64,000 nucleotides of DNA from Spongospora subterranea f. sp. subterranea (GCA_049724395.1 JAUGWO010000020.1:62001-126000), one strand, 5' to 3'. Counted from the stretch's first letter, positions 23,701 through 38,900 are shown. Notes: generated from the letters alone by a model not told the origin. Numbers and translations are program-made.

Positions 23701-26700
23701 CGGTGTTCTTCATTATCGAATTGACGATGACAAGCGATCACTTTATAATTATTTGATCAAGAAGATTGTGCCCCGCTGCTGGAGTCAGGTCGAATCCATA
23801 CTAAAAACCGATCCCAGCAACATTGGCCATGCTCTGCCGTTTTTCGAAATACTTGTCCAGTAAAATTTTTTTCAAATATTAAGGTTCACTTTAACAATGT
23901 TTGTGCAGAGTACCAGACTCAATGATGGATATAGTCATTGCTATATGCTTTATCAGGTCGTGGTCGCCATTCATTAAGTCAGCGGAGCAACTTCTCCCAT
24001 TGATTACCCGTAAATCTGCAGAAATATTCCCGCGATTGTGTCAGTTTGCCTCATCAAACGCAGAAATATCGAAGCTGATCGATCGGGCATACTGGATGGT
24101 TACATTATGCATTTTTCCCCTGTCTGAAACCCCATCAGCATGTTGGTTGATGCGCCCTTCTACGCCAATGGTTTATGAACGTACAACGGAACCTGTGGGA
24201 ATTTTATTCGATGCGAATAGAGTTCTATTTCACTTTCCGCTGGATATTGGATCGCCGGGGCCGATTCCCAGTATGCTGGCCCATCAAGGCTCGCTGAGTG
24301 GTTTACTCAGTTCCAGCCCATCACCGATGTTCATTTGCCTTCGACCAGGTGTATTCCGCCTTTTTTCTCAAACTAAACTGGTTTTTTATGCAACAGACTC
24401 GTCAAGTCGCACGTCTTTATTTGAAAAGTTTACCAGATCGTATCCAACAGAGCTCACCGAAGAAGAAGGCTGGATTAAAGAAGCAATGTCATCGATGACT
24501 CATCTAGATAACCTTTTTCTTCAAACAATACCCCAGCCAAAATCTACAGCAACACGATCCTGGATAATTCGCAGGTCTGCAGATGGTCAATCAATAACTA
24601 GCATGCTGCTTGTGAAACATACGCCGTCTATGGTTCGCGAGTTTGATCTAATGCCTGAGATAATAGCGGTCCGGGAAGATAACCATGTTTATGTCCCTTC
24701 TGGCTTGCTATCGTTCCTGCCTCAAACCCAAACATCTCAGGCGAGTTGTTTCTGGCGTTTAAGGAATACAATGTTGATATCGTCTACCACGAATGATGGA
24801 CCCAAGTTAACTGTATCGCTAAAGTTAATTCCATCTGCGATAGAAGAACCAACAGGTAAGGGTTCCGGCAAAGCGATCAAAGGAAAAAGTGTCGTTGCTG
24901 CGCCTGTAGGAAAACCACCAATATCTGGTACCAAGGCAAGTGCAGTTGCCGCCGAGGAAACAGAAGATCCTGCAGCTATTCAGCAGATAGAATGGATGAA
25001 AACAATGATTTCAACAAATGTGCTAGAAGGATGGTCAGCAACAGTGCAGGCTGACAATCTGAAGTTGATGTCGCCAGACTACATTGACAATGGTGCTTTT
25101 GACGTGTTCAAACGTTCTGCAATCTGGACAGAATCTGAACCTGAGCCGGGCGTGTTTGCTAAAATTAGCAGAATCGATGGTCACCTTTCCTCAATGTGGG
25201 CCAAACCTAACAGCAAAAATCAACTTGTTGTTACAATTAGGTAAGCAGATATGATCGCCCCAGATTCCTCAAACAAATAAGAGTTATACGCAGTGGCGTT
25301 GAGCATATTTTAGTAAATTGTTCAAGAGCAGTTTCGAGCATGTTCACCCACCTCCCCAGATGGATTTGTATTCGTAATTGCGAAACATTGCTTCTAGCGG
25401 CCCTTTTTTTGTGTGAAGACGGCCCTGTCATACCCATCCACTCAAGTGAGTTAATGCTGGATTATGCGATATTGACAGCTGCTCATCGGCTATGGCTCGC
25501 ATATAATTTTGTGCTGGTCCATCAGCATCCACAGGCGTCCTCCTTGGTGGATTCCATCAGAGAAATTCATCTCGAAGATCGTGAAACAGCAGATATATAC
25601 TGCAAATGGGTTTCTTACCGTGCCGTCGATCCTTGTGGGATTTCATTTCGACTTGCTGTCATTGCGCGCCATCTTCGAGTACTTCCTAACGATGTTCCCG
25701 ATTCTCTTCCTGCTGATTTTTTTGAGTACCGGAATCGCTGCTCTTCAATTCCGGGATCTTATTGTCTTCTCGAGTCGGACTTGACGATAATTCTGAGTTC
25801 ACTCGGCTGCAATTCTAACTATGGATCTTTCCAAGGAGCTGCCCCGATCATCGATAATTGGTCGTTGGTAGCTCGTTGTATTTATCGTAACCCTCGCTGT
25901 ATGCATGGCCGCCGATGGAATATTGCTTTGCAAGCTAGTCACTCAATTTTAGTAACTGACAGCATCAACCTTGCTGATGGTGATTGCATTTCATTCTGCG
26001 ACAAATTCTGGTCGCAATGGTCCATTAGTAACAATGGATTTGGAGCTGCGTATCTGACTTTAACTGGGAAAATAAACCTCAGGTTGGGAGGGCAACGATT
26101 TTCATCGTCATTATGTGCAATTTTAATGCGTATAATGCTTCAGAAACGGGTTCGCTCGTTGAAATCGCCGTTAGCCGATTTATCAACAGCATCTGTTGAC
26201 GAAATTATTGGGCCATTTGCAGCCATTGAATGTTTGCTGTCAATGGCAAAGGATCTCCCTAACGATGACAGCCATGTTATCTTGGAGAAGAACGACCCCA
26301 GCTTGCGCCGTTCGTTCAGTCACGTCGTCCTCAATAATGTCCCCATAACACTGTCGTCCTTCATAGAATCAGTTCGATTTCCAAATTTACCAACTGGTAA
26401 GGGTTTTTGCGTTGAGAGCCGTCATGAATCTCAACTGTTTTCCACTTCAGATCGTGACCAGTCTTTCACTATCGCATCATCGTCGTCTTCTGCTGAATGG
26501 ACTAAATTCGCAGACCGATTAATGGATATTTGTGACACATTGCGGCCCCGGTACGTAGATGTTGGTGAGGAGAATCGCGATGATGAATGTCAAGATGGGA
26601 CCTCCAAACCTATCTCTCGAATGACATCAGCTCAAGTGATCAACGACGGTATCAAACCAGGATGGAGATTTCGGGCTAGTGATATCAACGCCCCTTCGCG

Positions 26701-29700
26701 TCCGTTACTCTCGTTGAATGTCGATACTGGTGTACTAGAGACTCCATTCTCATTTGGTGACAGTATTTATCAGTCCCTCAATCTCAAGTGGCCTTTAGAT
26801 TCATCTTCAGCATCACTGCTATCTGATGAGGAACGAAAACATTTACTATCAGAGATTTCAGATATCATTTCAACATCGTCCTCAGCGTATAGTCCAGCTG
26901 CTAAATCAGCGCTATCGCTCCTGCAAGACGAAGCAACTCAGTTTCTGGAAACATCTGCAGAGACGATTTGGTCACTATCGCGCCCCGTTGACCAGGACAC
27001 CTTTGGTCAATTATTACACACGATCTCGGATTTGTTATCAAATGATCGTTCGCGAGAACTGTCTTTATCTCACAATTCATTCAGCTGCGCTCTTGAACGT
27101 TTCGTCTCTGGTAGGAACGTCGATTGTATTCGGCATGCGTCTGGAGACGTTCCTTATATGGATTTCTCAACGTTGATATCGGTGTGGTTGTCATCCCAAG
27201 CTGTCTCCGATTTCTCCAGATTCTCTGATGGTGGCCCGGTAGACCCGGTGCTCTTGGACCTGATAACTGCTGGCATTATGCATGGGATTCGAGCTGCGCA
27301 TATACAACAGGCTCAAATCGAATTGGAAAAGGTCCAAAAATCCCCAGAAGATCCACGGCTGTTGCAATCACTTTCGTCCGCCATCTGTTATCGTCTGGGA
27401 TCCATCGAGGCGCGAGCAACACTTGTTGATCCAAGACTGATGGCCTTTCAGTTTCTAACGAATACTCGCATCACTTCAAGTCAATCCGAGGGCTATGATC
27501 GACTGGTTTCAACATCTGCCTCTTCTGCGTTATCACATTTTCCACAAAAATCAGAAAACCATTCAGATTTTTTCTCGTTAGCGTGTATCAGTCATCTTCG
27601 ACGCTCAAAAGTGCTTGCTGTTGTGTCTGAGGAACGGTTTGCGGTCAGCTGCCTCGTCTCTATCCAGTCTACTAAGCATCCCAGTGTTCAACACTATCAG
27701 TTTCATGGCATCTGTAAGTTTCATGACGAATTTTTCATACCAAATTGATTTGTATTCAGACATCATTTGACGCAAATGATTATAACCGGTTCGACCTTGA
27801 CAATGGGTATCTGCTGGCGCTAACAACTGCGAGCTCAGTTTTGAACTTTTTCAATGAGGTTCAGTCTGCGATTGTGCTGTCCGTTCAGAGTAATATTTTC
27901 AAAACATGGTCTGCTCTGCGACAATCAGTGTGCGTTATCGACGACGCTAGTAAAGTATTATCGCAGTCTTCATGCCTTCAACATGGTAAAACGACGTTTG
28001 TGGAGGCTGATGCTGATCGATGGACGTTTGCTGTGTACTTGTTTGATGGGATGCTAGCCAAGTCAAGCGCGATAGCGATCGAGTATATTAAAGAGCATAA
28101 TACCGATCTTATTGTGCCCGCAGTTGAGGCCTATAGCTCTCTCCAAAATGTATTCTCTGTTCATTGTCCAAATGCCACTTGACAAGTGGTTCAGGAACTG
28201 CAAGATTTGCGTCTCAATGGCGAGATGGCAGGAATGCGACTGATCGGACGAAACGCGATTTCTGTTTATGAGCGTCATCTTCTCCCGAACTTGATTGATT
28301 GGGCATTGATTTGGTTGGAGGCGTCAGGAATGTGCTCGATATCTGACACAGGAACATCATTAGCGTTGAAACCAACACAAGCGAGGCAGTATATACTGTC
28401 CGATATATCCCGAGCTGCTTGTCTTCACAAGCGATGGAATTTCGACCAGCGCGTTATGAAAACCCTTGTCCATGGTAAAAGTTGGGATCATAGGGTGCGC
28501 GGTTGATTGCTAACGATAATTTTGATTCAGTTCGGCTTTGGCTTCGTCAAATTCTCCCTCACGTTATTACTCGCGAAATTGACCTGGATTTCGGACGTAG
28601 ATTCCCTACGGATCTGATGGCACGACCTTTGAATGGACCAGACAATGTCTATTTTTCTAGCGTTGATGCAACCATTGGGCTGACGATATTAATGTTTTAT
28701 TCGCAAGGGTCAAGTTGATCTGGGTCCTAAGATTCCAGGTTCTGACTCTTCAACAGGTTGAGCTTGATGGACACAGAATCATTGATAAGCCAAATGCAAA
28801 ACGACTGGTTTCACGAGGGTGCTGTGCCTCGGAACTGTCATCGAAAATCGTCACTACGTCTGATGAATTGGACTAATTGTCCTTGGATTTCCTTAAGGTA
28901 ATCCTTTTCTGTGTTGCTGTGTGGCATTGACGTTTTTCTAGGTCGATTGATGCATCATCAGCACCTCAAATGTTCCAGTTTGTGTATGAACAAATTCGGC
29001 ACCACCAACCTGCCATACGTCATTACCTATTGCGCCAAGTGCTTCCGTTAACGATGCGTTGGCCTGATTCGTTTTTTCATTCTCAGCTTACCGACTGTTT
29101 CGACAGTATTACTGCCATTACAACCGACCCTGTTTTGATTCCAACCAGACCCTATGCTTCAAGTTCCAGGGTGTTGCCGTATTTACTCCAAGGAGGATTA
29201 ACTTTGTTTAAAGACCGCGTAATCAGATGGCTGTTAGATGTCGAGGTCGAAGAAGCGCGATCAGCTCGAGACGCTATTCGATATTGGATGAGATTTTGCA
29301 CTCTACAGAAATATCACAAGCATGAAGAACGCAAACAGTTCAACGCAACAGAAACAACAATTCGTCGGTCCTTGATCAACGATGTGGATGAAACCGGTAC
29401 GGCAGGCGTTTGGCGTTGCGCTGTTGAATTTTTTCCCCAGCTAAACTCCCGTTTTCTAGGTGATACCAGACTTAATCGCCACAGGAAAGAATTGATTTGG
29501 GCTGAGCAAGCGGTTGAAGACATTCGACGTTCGGTCAAAGGCGAACCCCTCTGGGGAAATGTACAGGTAGACTGTGCAAGGTTCCAAGCAGTTCTGAACG
29601 ATAATCGAAAACGTAATTTAAAAAAAATAATTGGCTTAGGCGTGCAGCGTTTTAATCGTTTTTTAGATGCATCAAATGCGTATCGGTCGTTTTCAGATTA

Positions 29701-31808
29701 TCTGCTAGAGCATGATCGCCTCTCTGGAATCTGGATCAAGCCAGAATCCGCATCAACAATCCGCCTACCACAAAAATCAGTTTTGAGGGAGATGTTTTCG
29801 TCTAGAATAGATGTGAACAACGAACAGGGGTAAGATGTCGACAAATTATTATACCAATTATCGACTAGCGGTGCTCAGATACGATGAGGATGCGCATGTT
29901 CCTTGGAGCATCTTTCACCTAACTCGCCACGACGCTACCCCATTTTCCTCGACGATCGGGGATGGTCTTATCCTTTTGCCTGGTATTGTTGGAGTGTCAC
30001 ACAATCATGGCAATCGACGCGACATTGATGTTGTTCTCGATTACGTCTATGACTACAAATCCGAGTCACCTTCACCTCAACTTCATTCAGCTCTTCCAAT
30101 GGATGTAGTGAAACTGTTGCTCTTGCACCTATCTCAGCCTACAACCGTAGCTGTAACCAGCCGACGGCAATTCGCTTGATCCTTTATTTTTCTCACTGAT
30201 TTCACTAGGATCTGCCCAACGTGTTCGGCGCTAATGGAATTCAATTTGTTCTAGAAGAATCGCGTAGCGTCCTGGAGAGCAGTGGAATATTGATTCCTGT
30301 TGTTCACAAAAAAAAATGTCCACAACTCCATTCGTCATTTCTTGATTCAGCGGATTCCCAGAAGTTAACAGGTCTTACATAATTTTGAAAGTGTTTTTTT
30401 GTTCATCAACAAATGGCTAGGAAACGAAAACCATGAAACTCTCTCTGTTTCTGAATTGGCGACACCCGTTTCTTTAGAGCAGTTCAGCAACTTACTGCGA
30501 TTGCTGATGCAAAACCGTGCTGGTCCTCATCGAAGGTTCATCGGAGTTACTTTACAAGAAGCGTCGTCTTTATTTGCAATAATTTTGAATCCTAACCATC
30601 ATCTGTGGATTCAAGGTTCTTGTTCAATAATGGCTGTGATGCTCCAGCCGAAGTTCACAACCTCTTTCAGGGCGATGCGCAATATGCATCAGGAGTTTAG
30701 CTACCGGATCGATTATTGCAAGGTCACCAGGATATAAATCGGGAGGGTTCCCGATTACTAGCCTAGCATTGGCTTGTTTGCGTTTCGCGAACGGCAATGT
30801 GGAAGCAAGCGAACACGATGTTCAAATGCTAAAAGGAGCTCTGAATGCAGCACCGGAACCACAACGACTGGATTACTTCCAAAACTGCATCGGTCAGGAC
30901 CGAACTGCTTCTTGGTTTTCATCGTTGCTAACGCTAATGCAGTATCTGGAGGACGTGTTCGAGATTTGTGTTCGTGGGGGACGACCGCAATGGCGAAACT
31001 TTTCCATTGTGATGATACATCGTTCTTTACCAAAGCCAAGGCAAATTTTGCCAAACTTAGAGCTGCGTTACTTCTCAGGTGCTTCCATTGGCAACGCTCA
31101 GGCATTCTAAACTTAAAACAGCGTAATTAGATATGGAGAAAGTGTTCTGACTTCCTTCCGATATATCGACAGCAACGGAGACGGTCAAATTTCATTCGAG
31201 GAATTAGAGTCGACATTGATGGATCTTCAGTTGGGCTTTGCTCCTGCAGATATGCTGGACATATTAACTGGATTAGATTTGAACTCAGATGGCATGATTA
31301 ATTTTGCCGAATTTACGGCTAACGTTTTCGGGCAATGCTGTGTCACAGTTGCCGGGGGAGGACGGATGCTCCAGAACAATCACAAACAGGTCGAAGGTGA
31401 CGAGCAACGTGATCAGAAGTGCAACGAACGACCTCATGACAAAGATGTAAGAAATTAGTTTACTACCTTCACACCATGCTGACCATGCCTAAGTTGAGGG
31501 GAGATTCCGAGTTCTACGAACTTACGAGCGCGGATCGTCGCGATGCATTATCACCATTAGCTTCATCGCTTCGCTCGAACTGTCAAAGCGCAATTGGATC
31601 AGCAATGGGAGCAATGAGTCGCAAGCGAGATTTGATGTCTTTGGAAAATCGATACACAGCCGTGGGTGGTGAGCTCCCTGAATTGAGACACAGTGTCGAC
31701 AAGATCAAAGGCTCCAGTAGAAAAGTCGATCAGAACTTTGACACAGAAGAATCTCTGATCGACAAATGGTTCGAACAAGGAGAAAATGACGCCAACCTGG
31801 AACAATAA
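20753..31808 (+). CDS. Giant multi-exon DUF3638/DUF3645-like protein with C-terminal EF-hands (paralog 1)
   Basis: N-terminal FSLAICNTGRGAGQYHP; DPRLMAFQF; DUF3645-like LMARPLNGPDNVYFSSVDATIGLTIL; RFIGVTLQEA; EF-hand loops DSNGDGQISFEE and DLNSDGMINFAEF (31166-31320). Confidence 0.7.
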
Positions 31809-31849
31809 ATCTCATAATACATGGCAAAGTTCTACTTTAGTGGGTAATT

Positions 31850-32900
31850 CGCAATATATCAGAGGAACCCCATATTTTAAGCGATTTTTCCATCGTCTTT
31901 GATTTTCCTCGCAGTAGGATCTTTTTCTATCGAGCAGCAGCCTCTATGCTTCATCTTCATGTTCTTCGTTGAGCGCCAACCAATTTGTTTTTGAGAGCGG
32001 GTCAAGAGTTGGCGATAATTCTTGGTTAACGTCAAAACCTCGATAACAACAGCTCAAATGAAAAGCTGAAAGAGCATAGCTGGAGTGTGATTATCAATTA
32101 TTTAAAAAAAAGTGGTTCTAAATTAGTGATTATGCTATTTACATCTGTGGCTTGAGAAGAACGGCAAACAGTAAGGTTCACGATGACCAAATAAACCCCA
32201 ATACCGCCATTAAATACAAAACAGTTCAGAAATCGTTTGTGATCGCGAAAGCGGTTGACGTCCAGAATATCGCGACAACAGAGTTTCGGAATTGCGTCGC
32301 ATCGATGCTTGCCCAAAAACAAACTGATTCTGCGACAGTTTTGAATACATAGTCGCCAATGACGCTCGGTCATCTCGCTATGCGAACAATGTGCCTGGAC
32401 GCCTTGTTGGTAATCACAAAGTTTCGGCTTTTCCAAAATCGCCATGTACATTCTTTAGCCGGATCAGGAACAGTAGGATTCCCTACATTGACTTCCGTCT
32501 GTTCATATCACATCGCACTCCCGTTGCATAACTGACATAAAGTATGACAACCCTAAAACTACTCAGGGGTTCGATACCGCTAAATTTTACATCGGCATAA
32601 ACGTCGTTCCGTAAAATGGTCAACCCCAACGTTTGTATTCGCATTGCGGTCGCAGCTGATACAACCCGTGGAGCGTTTACTGGCATCGCATGTTGGGGGG
32701 GATTTCCGCACGCGACAGATATCAACAGAAGGCTTTAGGTTCAAAGAGCACAGACTCCCATATCTATAGCTGAAAGCCATGGAATGCACAGAACAAAGCT
32801 CGTGTTTTTGTTGTTCAGCGCCGTCGTCAGCTACTCTTGGGCAACAATTGCTGGCCAATAGAGTTGCTTAGCATTCCCGCGTTTTTTACCAACACTGTAG
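31850..32900 (-). mobile_element. Possible degenerate hAT transposase relic
   Basis: Ordered minus-strand remnants resembling D-V-x-T-R-W-N-S (RCDMNRRKSM), YM.IL, MTERHW and TLDPLSK (LDPRFK-like). Multiple stops. Confidence 0.35.
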
Positions 32901-33328
32901 GAACAACTGTCCAACAACTGTCTAAAATATGTATTGACTATCGAACATGCGTTGCAAATCGCACAAGCCATTAAAAAATCATGCGATGCTCGAGAGAGGG
33001 AACACTTGCGGATTGTCCATTGTGCTGTTCCGCAGGATTTTCATTGATTCTCCGCACCTACGATTGGGCGAAAGCTTGGTCATCAATGGGTGCTTTTTCC
33101 TTCCTGTTGCTCGTGGATACTCCAACGTGTGACATTTGACCCTGCGACGTTGCCAGACCAGTGAAAACGGCGATGATCAGCAATTGGACGGCTCGTAACT
33201 CACCCTCCTGACGATGCGTGTTCTGGTCCCCTTAGCTAACAACCGTGATTGTTTTATTCATATCCAGGCAGCATCATCTCTAATTATCCAGTTCACATTC
33301 AATCCGAGTTCCACCGCCTGGCGCAAAA

Positions 33329-35815
33329 ATGCGCCAGAGGCGCGCAGGACGATGTGAATTGTTGTTGCTGCCGTTATTGTTTCTGTTGGCCACACGATTA
33401 GCTGGAGTTGTTCCCGCAAATGTCCACGTTGCCGAGTCAGGGCAAGTGGTCGGCGTCACTCCCGTTGCGATCACCGAGGCCATCATCACGTTGCGCCAGG
33501 AGAGTCAACTGAGTGACACTGGGCCGTTCCTGGCCAGCATGCGACGCGACTACAGCGGCCCCGGCTGGGCTCTGACGTTTCTCGTCCGACACAGTCCATG
33601 TTTCCCACGCTGGAAAACGTAAACGACGCCTACCAGACTAAGGTGCAAGGGGTAGCGTCGACCATCGACTGGTATTGGTCAGCACGAGCACCAATTTATC
33701 AAATTTCCTGTACGGGTCGTCGATTTTCGACAATGTGACGATGGCCGTCACGGCCGCATTGACGGATAAGCAGATGAAGGGGGCTGGGAGAATAGGGCCC
33801 ATACACATCCTTGACGATCGGCTCGGGGCGCTCTTGCAATCTCGCGTGCGCGAGGACGTTTACCTGAACGTGTGCATGTCTCCGGAGTACTTACGAATTC
33901 ATTTCGCGATGAAGAACCTAGTAATGGGCAAAGGATTCTCAATGCGCGACGTTCATGAAGGAGTGATGGCTGGTTTCATGTTGGGCGTCGTCCCAGATTT
34001 GTCGTTCGAGGTCGGAGGCACCCTCGACTTTCCGAAACCAGAATTCCTGTTCGGAAAGGGGTCCGATTTTGGCTTGGGTGTGTATCTGTTGCCAAGGCTA
34101 ACAGGATTCACTGGACAGTGCATCGGTCGTGGTCGCTAGCTGAAACCGTTCGGCCTCAACTGTCTCCATTTCGGCAACCTTCAATGATCGATGACGATGG
34201 GTTACCATGGTACCCCGACAGGGGCGTCACTGGGTGGCGCTCTTCTGGGTCGGTGTTGCTGACGACAATGGCGTAGTTGATCCCGACGAAAGTATCGAAA
34301 TCCAATCCTACGTGGGTCTCGGGTTTTCCACCGAATCACCGGCCTTTATCATGGCGACGATTAAGAAACTAACGTTTGGCAGGCTAGGTCGTGTTGTTTA
34401 CAATATATTCCAGAACTCGAGGAGGCACTTCCAGAGGAACAAAGACGTTTACGACGAAACGGAGCATTTGCGTTTGCTGGAGGGCGTTGAAAGGTCGGAC
34501 GTCCAAGAAATAGGTGGTGCGTTGAGTTGGCCAGCGATCGTTGGCCAGCGATCTTCACCGATCGCATGGCCGAGACTGGGTTCAGCGACGTATCCTTCAC
34601 GGCGGCCCCCAATGAAACGTTCACCAAGTTCTGCATTATTCCAGGTGGTCTCCGCTTCACCGCAAAAGTTAACATATTCGGGTACAACGCCAAGGCCTCG
34701 TGCGCCGTAGACACCATCTACGCGATGCCCTTTCGTCTGATGATAGATTTCGAGATCGACAGCTTGAGTGTCGGATCGAAGAAAATGTTCCTCGGACCAC
34801 TTGTCCAGATCAGACGCTTCGAAGGCAGCGAACTGGGCCCGCGAATCTACGCTGAAGTTGGCATTAACAAGGTCGGGGCCCACATCGAGGGATACGTTAA
34901 TACTCTGGGAATTGGGGCTCACGTTGTTATCGCCATCGACAGCACGAACGCCTTGTTCATGCTGGAGAGTGATCTGTTCGGTCTGATCAGGGCCAAGATT
35001 TCGGTCGAGGCCAACGGAATCGATTTCCTGAAGCTGGACGATGCGAGTTTCGTTGCCAAGGTCGAGCTGCAGTTTGGTGAAGCGTGGTCGAAAATGTTGA
35101 ACAAACTCAAAGACCTGAAGAGAAAGTTGTCAATTGGAAGGTTTTTTAAATCGAAGACGTAAGTTCTGTCACCACGTTCAGCGAATGCGGAAAACCGACG
35201 GCGCTGAAAGTGTCGACGCCAGCCTTTCCGATGACGAGGTAGAAGATGTGGGACTTCTGGGAAAGGTGGACGACGAGGTGGAGGACGAGGGTATAGTCAA
35301 GAACAAATTCGGGTTGAAGAGTGTGAGCGCCACATTTCGCCTCGGGCAAGAAGGTTCATGGGGTGGAGTTCGAGGTGGCGGTAACCTTCTGGATGAAGAC
35401 GAAAGACAGCGCCGGCGACGAGGTCGTTGAACTTCGCTCGTTCAAATCAACGGCAAACCTGAAGAAGATATCCAAGACTGTACGAATGTGGTTCGTGAAA
35501 ATTGCCAAGGAATTCCGCAAGTGGGTGGTGTCCAAGGTGAAGGCTCTCGGCAACAGAGTCGCTATTAGGTTTCAGATCGGGGGTAGAAATAGTATCGCCG
35601 GTAGCAATAGGCTATCTGATTCCCAAGCTCTGAGTTTGATAATAAACTCGCCTGTCGTTAGAGTCATGAAACAAATCTCCCCAACCGGTAGTCGGATACC
35701 TTTGCGCCATGTGCACAGATTCAGGAGGGTCTTCCGCCCACTACGCCCACGTGATCCAGCACCTTTCTTCAACCTGATCAAGCGAACATGTCATGCTTCC
35801 CAATCAGGATTATAG
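33329..35815 (+). CDS. Secreted beta-strand-rich hypothetical protein, multi-exon
   Basis: Signal-like LLLLPLLFLLATRLAG and long alternating-hydrophobic beta segments (GLRFTAKVNIFG, GAHIEGYVNTLGIGAHVVIAID). GC-rich coding character. Confidence 0.55.
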
Positions 35816-35950
35816 AATCCAGGCGGTCTTCTCCGATAACTGAATTCGCACGAGAGGCAAGTCGAAGGAACGAATCAGCAGAGGTTGCCGCAGACCCCAA
35901 CTTTGCCTTTCCAATGTCAGTCTAAAACTTATGATAGTTTGTGCAAATGT

Positions 35951-38900
35951 ATGCTGATCCGCGATCTCAGATCGCAAATCCCTCGGCCACTAGTTGCCAT
36001 ACAAACTAAAATCGAGGCGGAACTGCTTTCATTGGCGAAAGCTGTTGAACCAGCCAGAAACTGCTGCCTGCAAACATTGGAGCGCGGCCAACAGATCTAC
36101 TGTCATCTGAAGGGATGCGCCATACGTAGGACAGTGTGGAACGATGACGATACACATGTTACAGTATTGCTGATGGAATATGGGGCGGATCAAGATAATG
36201 ATAAAGACGTCCTTCAGGAGGAACATCCCCACCCCAGATGGATACCACAGAATTCTTCCCTGGCTGAGCTGATTGCCCTTTGGTGCCGGCCAGCGCCAAC
36301 CTACCTGCCATCGCCCAAGGGCAAGTCTCATGCGCCCACTCCGCTCAATGCCATAGGGCTCCAGTACATTGATGAATCCGAACCTTCGCGAAATGATGCG
36401 AATGATCAAGTTTCTAGTGATTCGAGCAAAGCCGTGAATCTGCCGCCATTGCCGTCGTCGCCACGTTGGTTTTGTCTTGCTGCAACTGGGCATAACGCCC
36501 CAGTTTGGGATCATCCATTGTTTCGTGGATTATTTTTATATTCTGTTCATGCCGAGGACGTCGATGATGGCCCTAATCACGATTTGTCCCGAAAGTGTAC
36601 CGTTTCTGAGCGGATTTCACGGGCAAGTTCAATCTGGTCAGCGTTGGCAGAATCCATCAATCAAATGTTGACTTCAAACCGTCATTTCATCTCCGACATG
36701 GTCGCTGGCGTCGGCGAGATTCGCCTGAGAAGTTTGACACAGATTTGTCAAAGTACGGCCGCGCTTTTCATTGATTTCTTGACAGCTATCGATTCTCCAG
36801 TGCGTTTTATGAGCATTATACAGCAGATACTGGAAAGCATCTCGTTCTTGACTGATGGGGATATTTTTGTATCGCCATGTGGGTGGTCGGACCACAGCGA
36901 TAATGTCACATTGCTGGCTCTAGTCTTGATAAAAGCCGCTGGAGGAACTTTCACTGTTGCCGTTGTCAACACTTCTGTACGAACCTAAAAGATCGCGGGC
37001 TTCTGCCATTAATTCGTTTTCTTTTTTCAGAGCTTCAATGGTGGTCTAGCCTACCATCCCTGCACAGCTCAGTTTATGCCATCGCTGATGTACAAAGTCG
37101 TTCTAGAAATGCGAGATATACCACAGGAAAGGATTTTGAATGATGCTCTGTGGTTTATGGTAGTAGATATGGTGCTTCGACCATCGCATAGCAACACATG
37201 TGAATCTTTTTACGAGTGCTTGCTTCCGTTTCTTGCTGGACGCCCCCTGCCCGAAGTAGTCACTGCTGCTCCGACACTCTGTATTCTTTAGCAGCTGACT
37301 CTGTGGATAGGCTATCTGTACAACATCAAACGAAGCACGTTGGATGCATCCTCAGCTTCCTCGAATATGTTCAACTTGCGTTCCATTGGCTGTGTTTGAA
37401 TATATATCGCGCATAAAAGGATTTGATGAACACGCTGCATCGCGTACATTATTTTGCATTGAACGACAGGTACCGCTTAAATTTGATGCGTTGTGATGCT
37501 ATAAGCAACGCGTAGGTATTCGACATGGCCCGACAAGAACTCCGCTGCCCAGCTACCATTCAAAGATCGAAAGTTGATGTATTCCGCAGCACAACAGATG
37601 GCTTTGAACTCAGCGTTGGCATTGGAACGTGGCCTAGTGAAGAGCCAACAGGCTCCGGATTTGAAAGTACGGTCTTGCTGCCTTGACTAATTACTTGTTA
37701 AGATATTGCTAGCGAAGAAATTACTAGATGAGGTCATGTCCAAGTGCTGCCCGACATCTGCTTCACTACCGCCAGAAGAACTGGCTGGGATTGACGATGC
37801 CGACTTGACAATGAGAGAAAATGTTGACAGCGAAATCCCAATTGCCGTCGAAAGAACATTTACTTCAGAACCATTCTGCTCTCAGCATCTGTTCCATGGG
37901 TCACAATGGTAGCCTCTATTTCAAACACCAATTGTTTGCTCACCTAGTGAAAAGCAGGATCAGTGCTCAACAGACGCTATTCTTGGAGGCCCGCCACGAT
38001 TTCTTCAAACTTGTTTCTTCAATTTCCGATATGAAGGCTTTGAGGTTTTGCGTCCACCGATGTTACGAGTACTGCCGCCCCAAGAGCCAATTTAAGGCCA
38101 TGTGTTCCTCATGGTTCACCATGGTTGCACTTCAGGAAATATGTATGGCATATGTTGAACATAGCAACACGATCGGCGTCATAATACCTGCAGCAAGTAT
38201 CAGCAAGGACATCTTTCTTTCTGAGGTCGAGAAACTGATGGGTTTCGGCATCTCTTGTTTAGATCGCATCCCCGTTGCTGACCATTCCGCTGTTGGTATA
38301 ATGGTGACTGTCGTTGCTGTCCTACTCATGATGCATACCCGATTGTCATCCGTTGGCAATGTCTCGTTAACGCAGGCCAACAATATTGGACGCTTATTTG
38401 AAACAACGTCTTCATATTGGCCTATCGACTCGTACAACTCTGACCGTGCAAGACGCATCTGTATTTGCTACTTCACATCCAGTGAATTCAGTGAAGCTGA
38501 TATTGCGCCATCTAACATATACATCAACGCAATGGGATTTTTGCAAATGTCAACCCGACCGTATACACAGATTCGGCCGAACGTTTTTGGTGATTCTGTA
38601 CCAAGTTTCACATCTGTCAGCTGCTATGTAGACGGAACCGTGGATGGCAATGTCGACCTTTCCCAAGGCACTTTGGAAGCTTCGGGTTCCAAGGTTGTTT
38701 CGCTGAAATTGTCAATGGAAGAAAATGGATCCGCTATTGAGTTCATTTCGGTTCCTTCCTTACGAATCCCATTATTCATTGGATTTATTGCTGTCCGCGT
38801 TGAGTCGCTGATCAAAGATACTCGTCTGCAGCAGATTACCGAAGCAATTTTATTTGAGCCTGGAAACACATATGACGTCTGCCTCCTGACAATGGAACTG

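Noticed and set aside
32225..32430. Possible degenerate inverted repeat in the hAT-like relic
   Set aside because: Low similarity with several gaps; not supportable.
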